From: Alphaproteobacteria bacterium
GTDB taxonomy: Bacteria; Pseudomonadota; Alphaproteobacteria; CAAHEQ01; UBA3637
DNA length: 64,000 nt
NCBI GenBank assembly: GCA_017466695.1
Contig: JAFTTR010000002.1
Coordinates: forward strand, 166,832 to 230,831
Reading direction: 5' to 3'
Below the pieces are notes generated by a model. The model was not told where the DNA came from, did no database searches, and saw only the letters and a program-made list of their open reading frames with translations. Shown piece after piece: positions 39,805-50,346 of this stretch. A program made the position numbers and the translations under genes. Numbering within the stretch: the first letter of the stretch is position 1; every line of letters begins with the position of its first letter.

Positions 39805-41706
39805 ATGATTACATTTTTTAACAAATTAGCCAATTCTTGGGTTGCTAAAGTTATTTTAGGTATTTTAGCTTTGAGTATGATGGCGTTTTGGGGTTTGGGT
39901 GGATTGACAAATCTAAGCAGTTATAACAATGAAGCTATTTCAATTGGAAAAACTTCCGTTTCAACAGCTGAGCTAAATCAAGCTTTTGATGAGGAAAGAA
40001 AAAATCTTTCTCGTGCGTTAGGTGGAAGATACATCTCTCCAGCTGAAGCTCTTAATTTTGGTCTTCTTCAAAAAGTTATTCAAGATGAAATTGTCAAGCA
40101 TGTTAAATATCAAATCAAAGAAGATTTAGGCCTAACAGCCTCAAACGAAGCTGTTCAAAAATATGTTGAAACAAACCCTTTGTTTAAAGATGCAACCGGC
40201 AATTTTGATAAAAATCTTTTTTATGCCTTCCTCACTCAAAAAGGTATGAGTGAAACAAGTCTTGCCTATCAGTTAAAAGACGAGTTAGCTTATAATCATT
40301 TGAAAGACACCCTTCAAGCGTTGACTTATTCTTCTAAAGAATTAACAAAATTAGCACATGTTTTTTCAAATGAAAAAAGAGATATCAAAGCTCTTTTTAT
40401 GAAGCCAAGTGATATTCAAATTACTGAAACAGCTTCTCAGGAAGATTTAAAAAATTATTATGAAGGTTATAGCGAAAATTTTGCAAAACCAGAGTATAGA
40501 AGTATCAAATTATTAACCCTTACTCCTGATATGATGAGTGATTTCATCAAAATAGATGAAGCTGAAATAAATACTCTTTTTGAAGAACAAAAAGATAAAT
40601 ACAACAAACCTGAAGAAAGAGAATTACTCCAAATTTTCTTTAAAAATGAAGACGAGGCAACCAAATCTTTTTCTGAATTAACAGCTCAAAACTTTGAAGA
40701 AAAGGCTCTTACTTTAGGACAAACAAAAGAAGCAACCTATTTTGGATACACACCTAAAAACCAATTAATGGAAGCTTTACAAGAACCTGTTTTCAGCGCA
40801 AAAAAAGGAGATATAACAAAACCAATTGCCTCTGAAACAGGGTATCATATTTTTTACATCAAAGATATTAAGGAAGCTGAAATAGCTGACGCTAATACAG
40901 TTAAAGAAGAAATTAAAAAATCACTTATTGCAAATTTAGCCTATGACAAATTGACTGATATTTCTCGTCAAGTTGAAGATTCATTGGGTGCTGGCACTTC
41001 ATTAACTGAGACAGCAAAAACACTTAACTTAAAAGTGGTTGATGTTGAACCTCTCGACATGAGTGGACTTAATCAAAAAGGTGAAAAAAATACACTTGTT
41101 TCATCTGACTTATTACAAGAAATTTTCATTTTAAAAACAGGAGAAACAACAGCTCTTATTCAACATAACAATGGCTATCTTATTGCTGAATTAACAAAGA
41201 TTGATCCTGTTGGGGTTAAACCTTTTGAAGAAGTTAAAGATGATGTTGATGCTTTATTTAAATCAGAAAAACAAAAAGAAAAATTTGAAGAATTTGCAAA
41301 CAACATTCATCAAAAAATTCAAAAAGGCTCTTCTTTAGAACAAATAGCACAAGAAACAAACACAAAACTTGTTGATGAAAAAGCACTTTCACGTTCAACA
41401 GAAAACCCTCTTTTAAAACCTCATGTGAACACTCTTTTCGCATTAGATACAGGGATTGAAAATGCTAACCTCGTTATTGCTCCTAATCAAGAAGGCGCTG
41501 TGATTTTAGTTGTTCAGGCTGTTCACAAACCAACAACCGTTGATAGCAAAGATGCATCTCTTTTTGCAACACAAGTTAGAGAAGAACAAGCAACGGCTGA
41601 AATACTGAACAATGCTGTTTTCAATGATTATATGCAAAAGCTCGATGTAAAGGTTAATCAAAAAGCCGTTGGACAAATTATGTCCCTTTATCAAGGGCAG
41701 GAATAA
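39805..41706 (+). CDS. ppiD: Periplasmic chaperone/peptidyl-prolyl isomerase PpiD-like (SurA-family)
   Basis: N-terminal membrane anchor, SurA-N-like chaperone region and a parvulin rotamase segment ('TGYHIFYIKD'). 633 aa. Confidence 0.65.
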   Translation: MITFFNKLANSWVAKVILGILALSMMAFWGLGGLTNLSSYNNEAISIGKTSVSTAELNQAFDEERKNLSRALGGRYISPAEALNFGLLQKVIQDEIVKHVKYQIKEDLGLTASNEAVQKYVETNPLFKDATGNFDKNLFYAFLTQKGMSETSLAYQLKDELAYNHLKDTLQALTYSSKELTKLAHVFSNEKRDIKALFMKPSDIQITETASQEDLKNYYEGYSENFAKPEYRSIKLLTLTPDMMSDFIKIDEAEINTLFEEQKDKYNKPEERELLQIFFKNEDEATKSFSELTAQNFEEKALTLGQTKEATYFGYTPKNQLMEALQEPVFSAKKGDITKPIASETGYHIFYIKDIKEAEIADANTVKEEIKKSLIANLAYDKLTDISRQVEDSLGAGTSLTETAKTLNLKVVDVEPLDMSGLNQKGEKNTLVSSDLLQEIFILKTGETTALIQHNNGYLIAELTKIDPVGVKPFEEVKDDVDALFKSEKQKEKFEEFANNIHQKIQKGSSLEQIAQETNTKLVDEKALSRSTENPLLKPHVNTLFALDTGIENANLVIAPNQEGAVILVVQAVHKPTTVDSKDASLFATQVREEQATAEILNNAVFNDYMQKLDVKVNQKAVGQIMSLYQGQE

Positions 41707-41719
41707 GTCCTTTCACAAA

Positions 41720-41758
41720 AAAAATCTCCCCCTACTTAATGTATGGGGGATTTTTTTA
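41720..41758. terminator. Bidirectional rho-independent terminator
   Basis: tccccc..(12 nt)..ggggga with A- and T-runs on either side, between convergent ppiD-like and ABC genes. Confidence 0.6.
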
Positions 41759-41767
41759 AGAAAAGAG

Positions 41768-43909
41768 TTAGATTTGTTGTCCCTCTTGGTTTCTGGTCAT
41801 TCTTTGCATCATGTGATGATTTTTATCTTGTTTTGTTTTGTCTTTCTTTTCTTTTTCTTCAACATATCCTTGATAAACCATATTTAAAGCTGAAAAACTC
41901 ATCAATAACGCTTCTGTAGATGTATTTGTAGTTGAACAATCAGCCTCTTTATTCTCTTTTGTTGGCACTCTTTGACCACTTTTAACTGTATAACGATACA
42001 TTGCATCTTCTTTTAAAACTGAATTTTGAATTCTTTCTTGTACCTGTTCAATAAAAGGGTGAGAAGCTTCCATCAATGCCAAAGGTGAGCCTTTTCCTGT
42101 AATACGACCTTCTTCTAAAATGGTTAAATCATCTGCATTTGCAATTTCAAAAGCGTCATGAGAAACAATAATAATTGTTTTTTCATCTTTTAAACTTTCA
42201 ATTGTATCCCAAACAGCTTTTTTTGATGAAGCATCTAAACTAGAGGTTGGCTCATCCATCAATAAAACAGGGCTCTCTCTTAATAAAGCTCTTGCAATTG
42301 CAAGCCGTTGGAGCTGACCACCTGAAAGTGTTCTAGAGCCTTCTTCAAACACATTCCTATCCAATGATAGGTCCCCTAATCCAACTTTTTCAAGTACAGA
42401 TTGCATCTTTTCATCTGTTGCATCTTTGTTAAATAACTTCAATTCTTCCCGAATACTTTCTTTTAAAAAAACCGGTTCTTGCGAAATAACAGAAATTTGA
42501 TCTAAAACTGTTTTTGCTGTTAATTCAGTTAAAGGAATACCATCTAAAGAAATTTCACCAGACTGAGGATCCATTTTGTGTTGCAATAAATCCATGATGG
42601 TGGATTTTCCAGAACCACTTTCTCCTGCAATAACGTGAATATTCCCTTTTTCAAAATTAAGAGAAATATTTTCCACTCCCTTTCCACTAGGATAATGGTA
42701 ATCCATGTCTAAAACTTGCAAGTGTCCATTTGAAGTATCAAGTGTTTTCTCTCCTGTTCTGATATTTTGCTTTTCGTATTCCAATCCTCTCATATTTTCC
42801 TTATACGTTCTATACAAATCTATTTTCTCTGATTGATGTTGCAAAAGAGAGAATGCAGACATTAAAACTCTTTCAGATGCCATCATAGCGGCAGCAAACA
42901 CAGCTGCAGCTTCAAATCCAGAGCCAGCTGATGCTCCAGCGATTAAAGAGGCCGACCACATGGTTGCTGAAACCAATGCATTGAAAGGGACATTCTTCAT
43001 ATTTAGTTTTAAATTATTTTGAGAAAAATCTTTTGCTTTTTCAAGCGCTTTTGCTTGTGATTCAGCTATTTTTTTATCAGCATAAAATGTATTATGTGTT
43101 TCTCTTAAAACAGGAGAAGCATCAATCATTCTATCTACTGTCATACCATATTGATTGTGCGCAGCAATTGTATCTGCTTGAGGCTTTTTTCGTTTTCTTA
43201 AATTGTACAAATTGCTAGCCCAATTGTATAAAGAAATTCCTCCCACTAATAAACCTGAAATTGGATTAAGAGCTGTCAAAAAAGCTGCATTAACCCAGAG
43301 TGATGTATTTGCTCGTTTCATATCCACATTTTTATCAACACTTGTCGAAACAGCAGCAGCAACCTTAGGTGATTGCTCTTTAACTTTATTTGCATTAGTA
43401 CTTTGCGATTGTATATAAGCTTTTGTGAGGTTGCTTTTCACCTCAAAATCAACAGTACTTTTAATATCTTGCCTTTGTTTGGATGCGATTGTTTGATACG
43501 ATCTTGTTAAAAATTGTGCCCCATAAATCAATGCACCAGCTGCTAAAATTGGTAATTGAGGGACCACAGACATAATCACTGGTAACGAAACATCACTCAG
43601 ACCTAAGGTCCTTCCTATCCATGAGGCATCACCAACTGATTTGCCATGGTCTTTTTTGAGTTTTTCATCCAACTGTTTAAGATGTCTTGATTCAGCTCTA
43701 TGCCGTTTATAATTTGAACGTGCTGTTCTAATAACATCAAAGGAGTGTTTGGCTGTTTCAACTATTTCTTTTTTGCTAGGTCGATTCGTAACAACAGTGT
43801 TGTACAAATAACGGCATAAATCCACACCACTTGAAAAATATCTATTTGCTGCAGATAAACATGCATTGTATGTATCTTTAAATAAAGCCATACACTTACC
43901 TCCTAACAT
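41768..43909 (-). CDS. Atypical ABC transporter (fused membrane domain + ATPase) with long N- and C-terminal extensions
   Basis: Walker A 'GESGSGKST', signature 'LSGGQLQRLAIARAL', Walker B 'VLLMDEPTSSLD' and H-loop 'VSHD'. The N-terminal ~400 aa have only 3-4 hydrophobic helices in a largely hydrophilic sequence. The C-terminus carries a ~130-aa charged extension. Confidence 0.7.
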   Translation of the reverse strand: MLGGKCMALFKDTYNACLSAANRYFSSGVDLCRYLYNTVVTNRPSKKEIVETAKHSFDVIRTARSNYKRHRAESRHLKQLDEKLKKDHGKSVGDASWIGRTLGLSDVSLPVIMSVVPQLPILAAGALIYGAQFLTRSYQTIASKQRQDIKSTVDFEVKSNLTKAYIQSQSTNANKVKEQSPKVAAAVSTSVDKNVDMKRANTSLWVNAAFLTALNPISGLLVGGISLYNWASNLYNLRKRKKPQADTIAAHNQYGMTVDRMIDASPVLRETHNTFYADKKIAESQAKALEKAKDFSQNNLKLNMKNVPFNALVSATMWSASLIAGASAGSGFEAAAVFAAAMMASERVLMSAFSLLQHQSEKIDLYRTYKENMRGLEYEKQNIRTGEKTLDTSNGHLQVLDMDYHYPSGKGVENISLNFEKGNIHVIAGESGSGKSTIMDLLQHKMDPQSGEISLDGIPLTELTAKTVLDQISVISQEPVFLKESIREELKLFNKDATDEKMQSVLEKVGLGDLSLDRNVFEEGSRTLSGGQLQRLAIARALLRESPVLLMDEPTSSLDASSKKAVWDTIESLKDEKTIIIVSHDAFEIANADDLTILEEGRITGKGSPLALMEASHPFIEQVQERIQNSVLKEDAMYRYTVKSGQRVPTKENKEADCSTTNTSTEALLMSFSALNMVYQGYVEEKEKKDKTKQDKNHHMMQRMTRNQEGQQI

Positions 43910-44040
43910 TATATATTATTATAGCATAAAAATCTATTTTAATATATTTTTCGAGATAACCATTTGAAAAGACATAAAAAAAAGACATTGAAAACAATGC
44001 CTCTTCTTTATAAAAACCTTTAACTAAGATAGTTATAAGA

Positions 44041-44262
44041 TTATGATGCTTTAAAACCAGCAAATTTCTTGTTAAATTTAGCCAATTGACCACCAGAATC
44101 AATCAAACGATAGACACCAGTCCACGCTGGATGTGATAACGGATCAATGTCTAAACGAACGACAGCGCCTTCTTTGCCCATTGTTGAGCGTGTTTTAAAC
44201 TCTGTACCGTCCGTCATAACAACAGTAATTTCATGGTAATCTGGATGAATATCTTTTTTCAT
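44041..44262 (-). CDS. rpmE: 50S ribosomal protein L31
   Basis: '[27 protein letters not shown]' L31 signature. The start was set at the internal ATG, which has a GGAG RBS. Confidence 0.85.
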   Translation of the reverse strand: MKKDIHPDYHEITVVMTDGTEFKTRSTMGKEGAVVRLDIDPLSHPAWTGVYRLIDSGGQLAKFNKKFAGFKAS

Positions 44263-44354
44263 TTTTAACTCCATAGATTCATTGAGGTCTATTTTATACA
44301 CGATAAAAAAATAAAAATCAATACTTTTTTTAATTTTTATTCTTTTTTTTATAC

Positions 44355-44852
44355 CTATTGCTGATTTTTAATTTCCTCAGTATGTTCTTTTTCTTCTTCA
44401 CTCAACGCTGGGTTATCATCTTCTGCAATCAAATTCAAATCATGTTCTTGTGAAATTTTTTCAGGTAAAACAAGTAAAGAAGAGGCTTCTTCGTTAATAC
44501 AATGAAGTAACCAAATGTCATATCTGGGATGTTCCATCGCTGATAAAGCAGGGTTGGAAGAAAACATCCATCCATTAAAAACAATCGATTTCTTTTCCTC
44601 ATAATCTTTTTCAAAAACTCTAAAAAAAGCTGCATTTTCAGGCATTTCTTCTTGAGGTTTTGTTAAACACTTTTCAGGAAAAATCGTCAATGTACCAAAT
44701 TCAAGAGATTGCCCCACTGTTGCCTCAACGGTAGAAACGTGACCTGTGATTTTGTCAACTCCACGAATCATCATCTTTTTCGTTGATATGTCAGCTGAAA
44801 AAGCAGAAAACGAAAACAAGGCAACACTTAAAAACAAAATCTTTTTCATCAA
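44355..44852 (-). CDS. Secreted protein, DUF2155-like (recalled family; low confidence)
   Basis: Signal peptide '[22 protein letters not shown]' with an acidic C-terminus. It sits between rpmE and the mlaD-like genes. Confidence 0.35.
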   Translation of the reverse strand: MMKKILFLSVALFSFSAFSADISTKKMMIRGVDKITGHVSTVEATVGQSLEFGTLTIFPEKCLTKPQEEMPENAAFFRVFEKDYEEKKSIVFNGWMFSSNPALSAMEHPRYDIWLLHCINEEASSLLVLPEKISQEHDLNLIAEDDNPALSEEEKEHTEEIKNQQ

Positions 44853-44858
44853 AACTCC

Positions 44859-45302
44859 TTAATTTGTGGAAAGGAAGATAAATTCAGAAACACTCTCTTC
44901 TAATGACTTATAATTTTTTGTATTTTGAATTTTTGAATTATGTGTCAAAAGAATTTTGCTTTTTCCTGGAGTTAATGCAACATATTTCCCTCCCATCATA
45001 CCTACATCAGAAATAGCAGCAACCGAATCAATTGGCAACTTCACAGCATTATCAATACTTAAAACAACATCAGCTGTGTAATCATCTGTTTTTAAATTCG
45101 TTTCCAACACCGAGCCAACCTTAATCCCTGCAATTCGAACATCAGCGCCAACTTCAAGCCCCCCTATTTTCAAAAAATTTGCTGTAACCTCATATCCACT
45201 AATTGATTTTCTATCCACACGAGAGGCTGCAAAAAACAAGAAAACGCCTGTAAAAATCAACACACAAAAGCCTAAAATCGTTTCAACAGGATTTTTTTTC
45301 AT
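44859..45302 (-). CDS. mlaD: MlaD-like MCE-domain protein
   Basis: N-terminal TM, then an MCE fold ('GYEVTANFLKIGGLEVGADVRIAGIKVGSV'). Confidence 0.7.
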   Translation of the reverse strand: MKKNPVETILGFCVLIFTGVFLFFAASRVDRKSISGYEVTANFLKIGGLEVGADVRIAGIKVGSVLETNLKTDDYTADVVLSIDNAVKLPIDSVAAISDVGMMGGKYVALTPGKSKILLTHNSKIQNTKNYKSLEESVSEFIFLSTN

Positions 45303-45305
45303 TTT

Positions 45306-45914
45306 TTATTCCTCGCTTTCTATTATTTGCTGTTCTTGTTGCATATTTTCAACTTGCTCTGATTTTGTTTCTTCAACTTGAGTATTTTTAGCAAGCTCTT
45401 TTTCTTTTCTCTTCTTCTCACGCATATGCGCATTCACTTTATCCATCAATTGAGTTAAAACAAGTGCATCTTGCGTGTATTCCAACTCATCTCCTGAAGA
45501 ACACACCTCTTCTTCTCCTCCAGGAAGAATTTCCAAATACTTTGACCCCAATAATCCATCCGTTTCAATAACAACAGATGAATCAATTGATATCTCCATT
45601 GGTTTGAAAAATTCCATTTTAACTTGAACTTGATAATTATTGTTTAAAACTTGATCAACAACCTTACCAACCTTAATCCCTGCAATACGCACATCAGCTC
45701 CATTCATTAACCCATCAGATTGATTAAATGGGGCAAAAAGAACAAATGCTGACTCTTTTTTGTTATGGACGGCTTTGGCATGTGCAAACAACAAACAAAC
45801 CCCTAGCAACAAAACCAAAACAACACCAGCTAAGATTTCTTTATTTTCTGATTTCATTTTCATCTCACTTGTTAAAACTTTTCTTATTTGACACAAATAA
45901 ATATCTTTTGTCAA
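45306..45914 (-). CDS. MCE/MlaD-family paralog with acidic coiled-coil C-terminal tail
   Basis: TM anchor followed by an MCE core ('GLMNGADVRIAGIKVGKV', paralogous to the preceding gene), and a Glu/Gln-rich tail. Confidence 0.6.
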   Translation of the reverse strand: MTKDIYLCQIRKVLTSEMKMKSENKEILAGVVLVLLLGVCLLFAHAKAVHNKKESAFVLFAPFNQSDGLMNGADVRIAGIKVGKVVDQVLNNNYQVQVKMEFFKPMEISIDSSVVIETDGLLGSKYLEILPGGEEEVCSSGDELEYTQDALVLTQLMDKVNAHMREKKRKEKELAKNTQVEETKSEQVENMQQEQQIIESEE

Positions 45915-45988
45915 GCAAATTTGAACAAAATTCTATTGACGCTTACAGTTTTTTAACCTAAAATAAGAGAAAGATTTCAAGGAGTTTT

Positions 45989-47302
45989 ATGAAAAAAATT
46001 TTCAAATTATTTATTTTATTTTTTTTAATCATCCCTCAAATTTGTTTTGCACAAAGTGTTTCGCTCATTCGTGATACTGAAATTGAAAACGTCTTGAATT
46101 CTTATGCGCAAAAAATTTTTAAATCAGCTCATTTAGACCCTAAAAATGCACGTGTCTTAATTATTAATGATGATTCATTTAATGCTTTTGTTGCTGGAGG
46201 ACAAACCATATTCGTTCATTCTGGCTTAATTACTCAATCAACACATGTTGACGATTTAATCTTTGTCTTATCACATGAAACAGGACACATTGTGGGCGGT
46301 CATGTTACAAGAGGAATCGGCGCTTTAGAGCAAGCTAACGCAACAGCCCTCATTTCAACTATTCTCGGTGGTCTTGTTGCTGTAGCAGGGCGACCTGATG
46401 CTGGCGTGGCTGTCATGATGGGTGGGAACTCTTCGGCTGCCGGATTATATACGTCTTATCGGCAAACGGAAGAAAGTGCAGCTGACAGAATCGCTGCCGA
46501 CATTATGCAAAAAACAGGTTATTCGATGCAAGGGTTTCAAAACACGATGAAACTGATTAAAAGACAAGATAGACTTACACCTTACGGCGACTTAGATTAT
46601 CTAAGAACCCACCCTTTAACACAAAATCGTGTGAGTGCTTTATCTCGTTTTTTAAAAAATAAAAAGCCATTAACACAAGATATCAGATTTGACTTAATTA
46701 AGGCGAAACTGATTGGTTTTTTATACCCCCCTCAACAAACTTTTGATGTTTTTAAAAATCAAAATACGCTCCCTGCTTTTTATGCACGCGCCATTGCCCA
46801 CTATCGCAATAGAAATTTGTCACAAAGTTTAACGCTCATTGATCAACTCATTAAGGCAAAACCTGATTATCCTTATTTTCACGAATTAAAAGCTCAATTT
46901 TTATTCGAAACAGGACAAATTGAACCTGCCATTCACTCTTATAAGAAAGCGCTTCAATTTATATCAAACGCTCCCTTAATTCGGTTATCCCTTGCCCAAG
47001 CGCTCCTTGAAACAGGGTCTCAAAAAAATGCGTTTAAAGCTATCACTGAACTCAAAAACATCTTATCACGTGAAGAACAAATCCCCTTTGCTTGGCAATT
47101 ACTTGCAACAGCTTACGATCGGACAAATCAACCTCATCTTATCCCTTATGCCATGGCTGAACTTTATTTAGCTCAAAAAAATATTAAAAATGCACAAAAA
47201 ATGGCTCAAAAAGCCTTAACAACTTTGTCAAAAGAAAGCCCTGAATATATCAGAGCTCAGGATATTCTTTCTTTAAGTATTCCAAAGAAAAAACAATTCT
47301 AA
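45989..47302 (+). CDS. bepA: M48 family metalloprotease with TPR repeats (BepA/YfgC-like)
   Basis: Signal peptide, 'HETGHIVGGH' HExxH motif and a C-terminal TPR region. Confidence 0.8.
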   Translation: MKKIFKLFILFFLIIPQICFAQSVSLIRDTEIENVLNSYAQKIFKSAHLDPKNARVLIINDDSFNAFVAGGQTIFVHSGLITQSTHVDDLIFVLSHETGHIVGGHVTRGIGALEQANATALISTILGGLVAVAGRPDAGVAVMMGGNSSAAGLYTSYRQTEESAADRIAADIMQKTGYSMQGFQNTMKLIKRQDRLTPYGDLDYLRTHPLTQNRVSALSRFLKNKKPLTQDIRFDLIKAKLIGFLYPPQQTFDVFKNQNTLPAFYARAIAHYRNRNLSQSLTLIDQLIKAKPDYPYFHELKAQFLFETGQIEPAIHSYKKALQFISNAPLIRLSLAQALLETGSQKNAFKAITELKNILSREEQIPFAWQLLATAYDRTNQPHLIPYAMAELYLAQKNIKNAQKMAQKALTTLSKESPEYIRAQDILSLSIPKKKQF

Positions 47303-47925
47303 ATCAATTCAATCACGGAATACTGACGTGCTGGGTTACTTGGATCTCTTCGAAAACTATAATACGTTTCATCAGGGAATGTATCATCCAAAAGTGTATC
47401 AATTTTTTGAATCCCTGCCCGTCTTAAACGATGAAGAACATACCCATCAAAATCAAATAAGTATCCATTTTCAGTTGGTTCAAAAAAATGATGTTCTGTA
47501 ACAGGAAAAAGAGTTTTCATTTTTTCATCAGCTTGAAAACTCTTCTTTTGAATATGAGGGCCAACGGCTGCAACCAGATTTTCAAGTAAAGCACCCTTCT
47601 CCATCATCTTCAAAACTGTTGCTTCAATAATTCCTTGAAAAGCCCCTTTCCAACCAGCATGAATTGCTGCAATAATTTGGCTTTTTGTATCAGCAATCAA
47701 TACTGGAGCACAATCAGCTGTTTTAACCGTTAAAACAAGACCTTTTGTTTTTGTCACCAATGCATCAACTTGAGGCAATTCATCCCAAGAATTTTGAACA
47801 AATAAAACATCAGCAGAATGCACCTGATTCATTAATAAAGGATGTTTCACCGTTTGAGAATCAATTGCATTATAAAAACCATGACGTACCCATTTAATTT
47901 TTGATAATTGGCTTGATTGTTTCAT
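47299..47925 (-). CDS. pgeF: Purine nucleoside phosphorylase/polyphenol-oxidase-like YfiH (PgeF)
   Basis: 'HGFYNAIDSQ', 'DALVT', 'TADCAPVL', 'HAGWKG' are YfiH/DUF152 signatures. Confidence 0.75.
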   Translation of the reverse strand: MKQSSQLSKIKWVRHGFYNAIDSQTVKHPLLMNQVHSADVLFVQNSWDELPQVDALVTKTKGLVLTVKTADCAPVLIADTKSQIIAAIHAGWKGAFQGIIEATVLKMMEKGALLENLVAAVGPHIQKKSFQADEKMKTLFPVTEHHFFEPTENGYLFDFDGYVLHRLRRAGIQKIDTLLDDTFPDETYYSFRRDPSNPARQYSVIELI

Positions 47926-47927
47926 TT

Positions 47928-48446
47928 TTAACCTTTCACCTTCTTTTGATTTCTTTTTTCTTCAAACCGAAGAGTTAAACGATACCCTAAAAACACACTT
48001 ACAATAACCCAAGGAACACAACCAAGGAACATGGAAATACCCCAATCAATAAAAAACAAATTAAAAAATGCTTTTAACTGTTCTAAAAAAGGAATATCAG
48101 AAATAAACACTTCTGTAATCAAATTTTTAAGGGATTGATATCCTGTTATATCATTAAAATTAAAGCGCATTATTTGGCCTGTGATATAAAAGACATAATA
48201 AACAGGCGCCAATGTTACAACGTTTGTAACCCATGTCCATGCCAAAGCTAAGGGGAGTGAAAAATGATATTTAAATTTCTTCAATATCATCCAGGTTAAA
48301 GCAACCAAAGGCATTTGAACCCCAACCAAAGGTGTCATTGCCCAGCCAAGTCCAACAGCAACCCCTCTTGCTTTATAATCAGCTGAATGCTTAGAGTGAA
48401 TAATCGGTTCAATTAACTTTTGATAAATTAATTTTTTTAAATTCAT
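47928..48446 (-). CDS. DUF2062-family membrane protein
   Basis: 172 aa, 3-4 TM. 'SADYKARGVAVGLGWAMTPLVGVQMPLVAL' resembles DUF2062. Part of the lgt-DUF2062-pgeF cluster. Confidence 0.45.
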   Translation of the reverse strand: MNLKKLIYQKLIEPIIHSKHSADYKARGVAVGLGWAMTPLVGVQMPLVALTWMILKKFKYHFSLPLALAWTWVTNVVTLAPVYYVFYITGQIMRFNFNDITGYQSLKNLITEVFISDIPFLEQLKAFFNLFFIDWGISMFLGCVPWVIVSVFLGYRLTLRFEEKRNQKKVKG

Positions 48447-48455
48447 ACCTCACCA

Positions 48456-49280
48456 CTAATCAATTGAAATTTTACGCAACTTGTTTTTATATGAACTTTT
48501 TTGTATCAAAAACAAGCCAAACAAAAACATAGGTATACTTAAAACTTGCCCCATAGAAAGATTGTAGAAAATAAACCCTAAATGCCCATCTGGCTCACGT
48601 GTATACTCCAATAAAAATCTAAAAATAGCATAAAGAACAAAAAATAGACCTGTTAAAAAACCACTTCTTTTTTGAAATCTTGGAGAAAACCAATAAATCG
48701 CATTCAAAATAAGGAATAAAGTCACCCCTTCCAAACCAGCTTCGTACAATTGACTTGGATGACGAGGTTCTGGTCCTCCTTCTGGGAAAATAATTGCCCA
48801 AGGGACTGAATGCGTTATCCGTCCAAACAGCTCCCCATTTGAAAAATTTGCAAGTCGTCCAAAAAACAAGCCAAGGGGGGCCACACACACCAAAATATCA
48901 GACATTTCAAAAACGGGGATTTTGCGTTGTTTTGCAAATAAAATGGTTGCGATTATAACACCAATTAGGCCACCATGAAAGGACATACCACCTTGCCACA
49001 ACGCCAATATTTTCAAAGGAAATTCAGTATAGTAAGCAGCGTTATAAAAGAGAACATACCCTAATCTTCCCCCTAAAATAATGCCTAATGTAGCCCAAAC
49101 CAAAAAATCATCTATTTTTAGAACAGTAAAAACACTTCCCTTAGCTGTTGACATTTTGCGTGCCAAAAACCAAGCGCCTATTATACCTAAAATATACGCT
49201 AAAGAATACCACCTGAGCGAAAAAAATCCAATTTGGAAAATAACAGGATCAATCTGAGGAAAAGGGATTCCAGTGTACAT
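48456..49280 (-). CDS. lgt: Prolipoprotein diacylglyceryl transferase
   Basis: 'IDPVIFQIGFFSLRWYSLAYILGI' N-terminus and Lgt signature 'GRLANFSNGELFG'. Confidence 0.9.
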   Translation of the reverse strand: MYTGIPFPQIDPVIFQIGFFSLRWYSLAYILGIIGAWFLARKMSTAKGSVFTVLKIDDFLVWATLGIILGGRLGYVLFYNAAYYTEFPLKILALWQGGMSFHGGLIGVIIATILFAKQRKIPVFEMSDILVCVAPLGLFFGRLANFSNGELFGRITHSVPWAIIFPEGGPEPRHPSQLYEAGLEGVTLFLILNAIYWFSPRFQKRSGFLTGLFFVLYAIFRFLLEYTREPDGHLGFIFYNLSMGQVLSIPMFLFGLFLIQKSSYKNKLRKISID

Positions 49281-49347
49281 TTTTACTCCTTATATATCAT
49301 AAACTTTTTTTTATGATGCCCTTTTCCTCTAAAAAGGTCAAGAACTT

Positions 49348-50340
49348 TTATTTTGTTCTCTCTTTTTTGACTTTTCCAACAAGCCAACGCCACAAGGAAC
49401 TTTTTGATTTTAAAGTATTAATTTTAACCTTCTCATGTTTCTTTTTCAAACTAGGAACATTTGTTGTCGCCCCTTGAATGGCATATTTCCATCCAACCAA
49501 AGATCTACCTTGTGGTGTTTTTAACTCATTAAAAGATGTTGGATTTGTAATATCTTGCTTTAAAAAATACTTATAATCTGACCGAACTGGCAACATACCG
49601 TTGTTAATTCTTGTTACATGAGTTAATATTGGCCAAGCTGTCCGACTGGTACAAACAACTGAAACAGTCGCAGGATTAACCACTGTAACAATATTTGGAT
49701 TTGTTGCATCAATAATTTCAGAAGGTTTTCTTTCCAATGTTCTTTTTAAAATCTTATTATAATGCGTTCTAAAGGCTTCATTTTCTTTTAAAAACCAGTT
49801 AACAACTTTTGTTAATTTTTCACCTTTATCATTCAAGCTATACACAGGAGATAAAAATTTCATATCTGAATCTTTATCTTTGTATAAAAATGAAAAACGC
49901 TTATTTTCACCATCAAGGTATTTTACTTTTAAAATAGAACCCAGTTCAATCCCATTTTCAATATATTTTGGTGGGTTTTCTGATTTTTTTGCAGCTTCTT
50001 CAAAAGCTTCTTCATAGGCATCTAACAAATAAAAAGGAACATCTGATCCTTTTTCAAATTGATAAGTTGGATAAGAAACATCTTTTAGTGGAACTTTAAA
50101 AACAAGACGCAACCATTTTCTATGTTCATAAGTTACCTTCTCTGCAGCATCAATCAACGATCCTCTATATGATGGGAACAAAGGCAGTGAACGCAATTCC
50201 TCATCATGAATAGGACGATTATTCAATAAATTAATTGCATTTTCTTTAATCTTTTTAGCTGTTTCTTTCGAATCCTCAGCAATTAAATAAAGTGTTACTT
50301 TTTTATTTTCATTTTCTGTTTGAGAGGTCATAATATCCAA
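49348..50340 (-). CDS. Hypothetical protein (no recognised domain)
   Basis: 330-aa ORF with coding-like composition and a Lys-rich C-terminus. No signal peptide. Immediately downstream of dnaE. Confidence 0.45.
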   Translation of the reverse strand: MDIMTSQTENENKKVTLYLIAEDSKETAKKIKENAINLLNNRPIHDEELRSLPLFPSYRGSLIDAAEKVTYEHRKWLRLVFKVPLKDVSYPTYQFEKGSDVPFYLLDAYEEAFEEAAKKSENPPKYIENGIELGSILKVKYLDGENKRFSFLYKDKDSDMKFLSPVYSLNDKGEKLTKVVNWFLKENEAFRTHYNKILKRTLERKPSEIIDATNPNIVTVVNPATVSVVCTSRTAWPILTHVTRINNGMLPVRSDYKYFLKQDITNPTSFNELKTPQGRSLVGWKYAIQGATTNVPSLKKKHEKVKINTLKSKSSLWRWLVGKVKKERTK

Positions 50341-50346
50341 TCCTTT

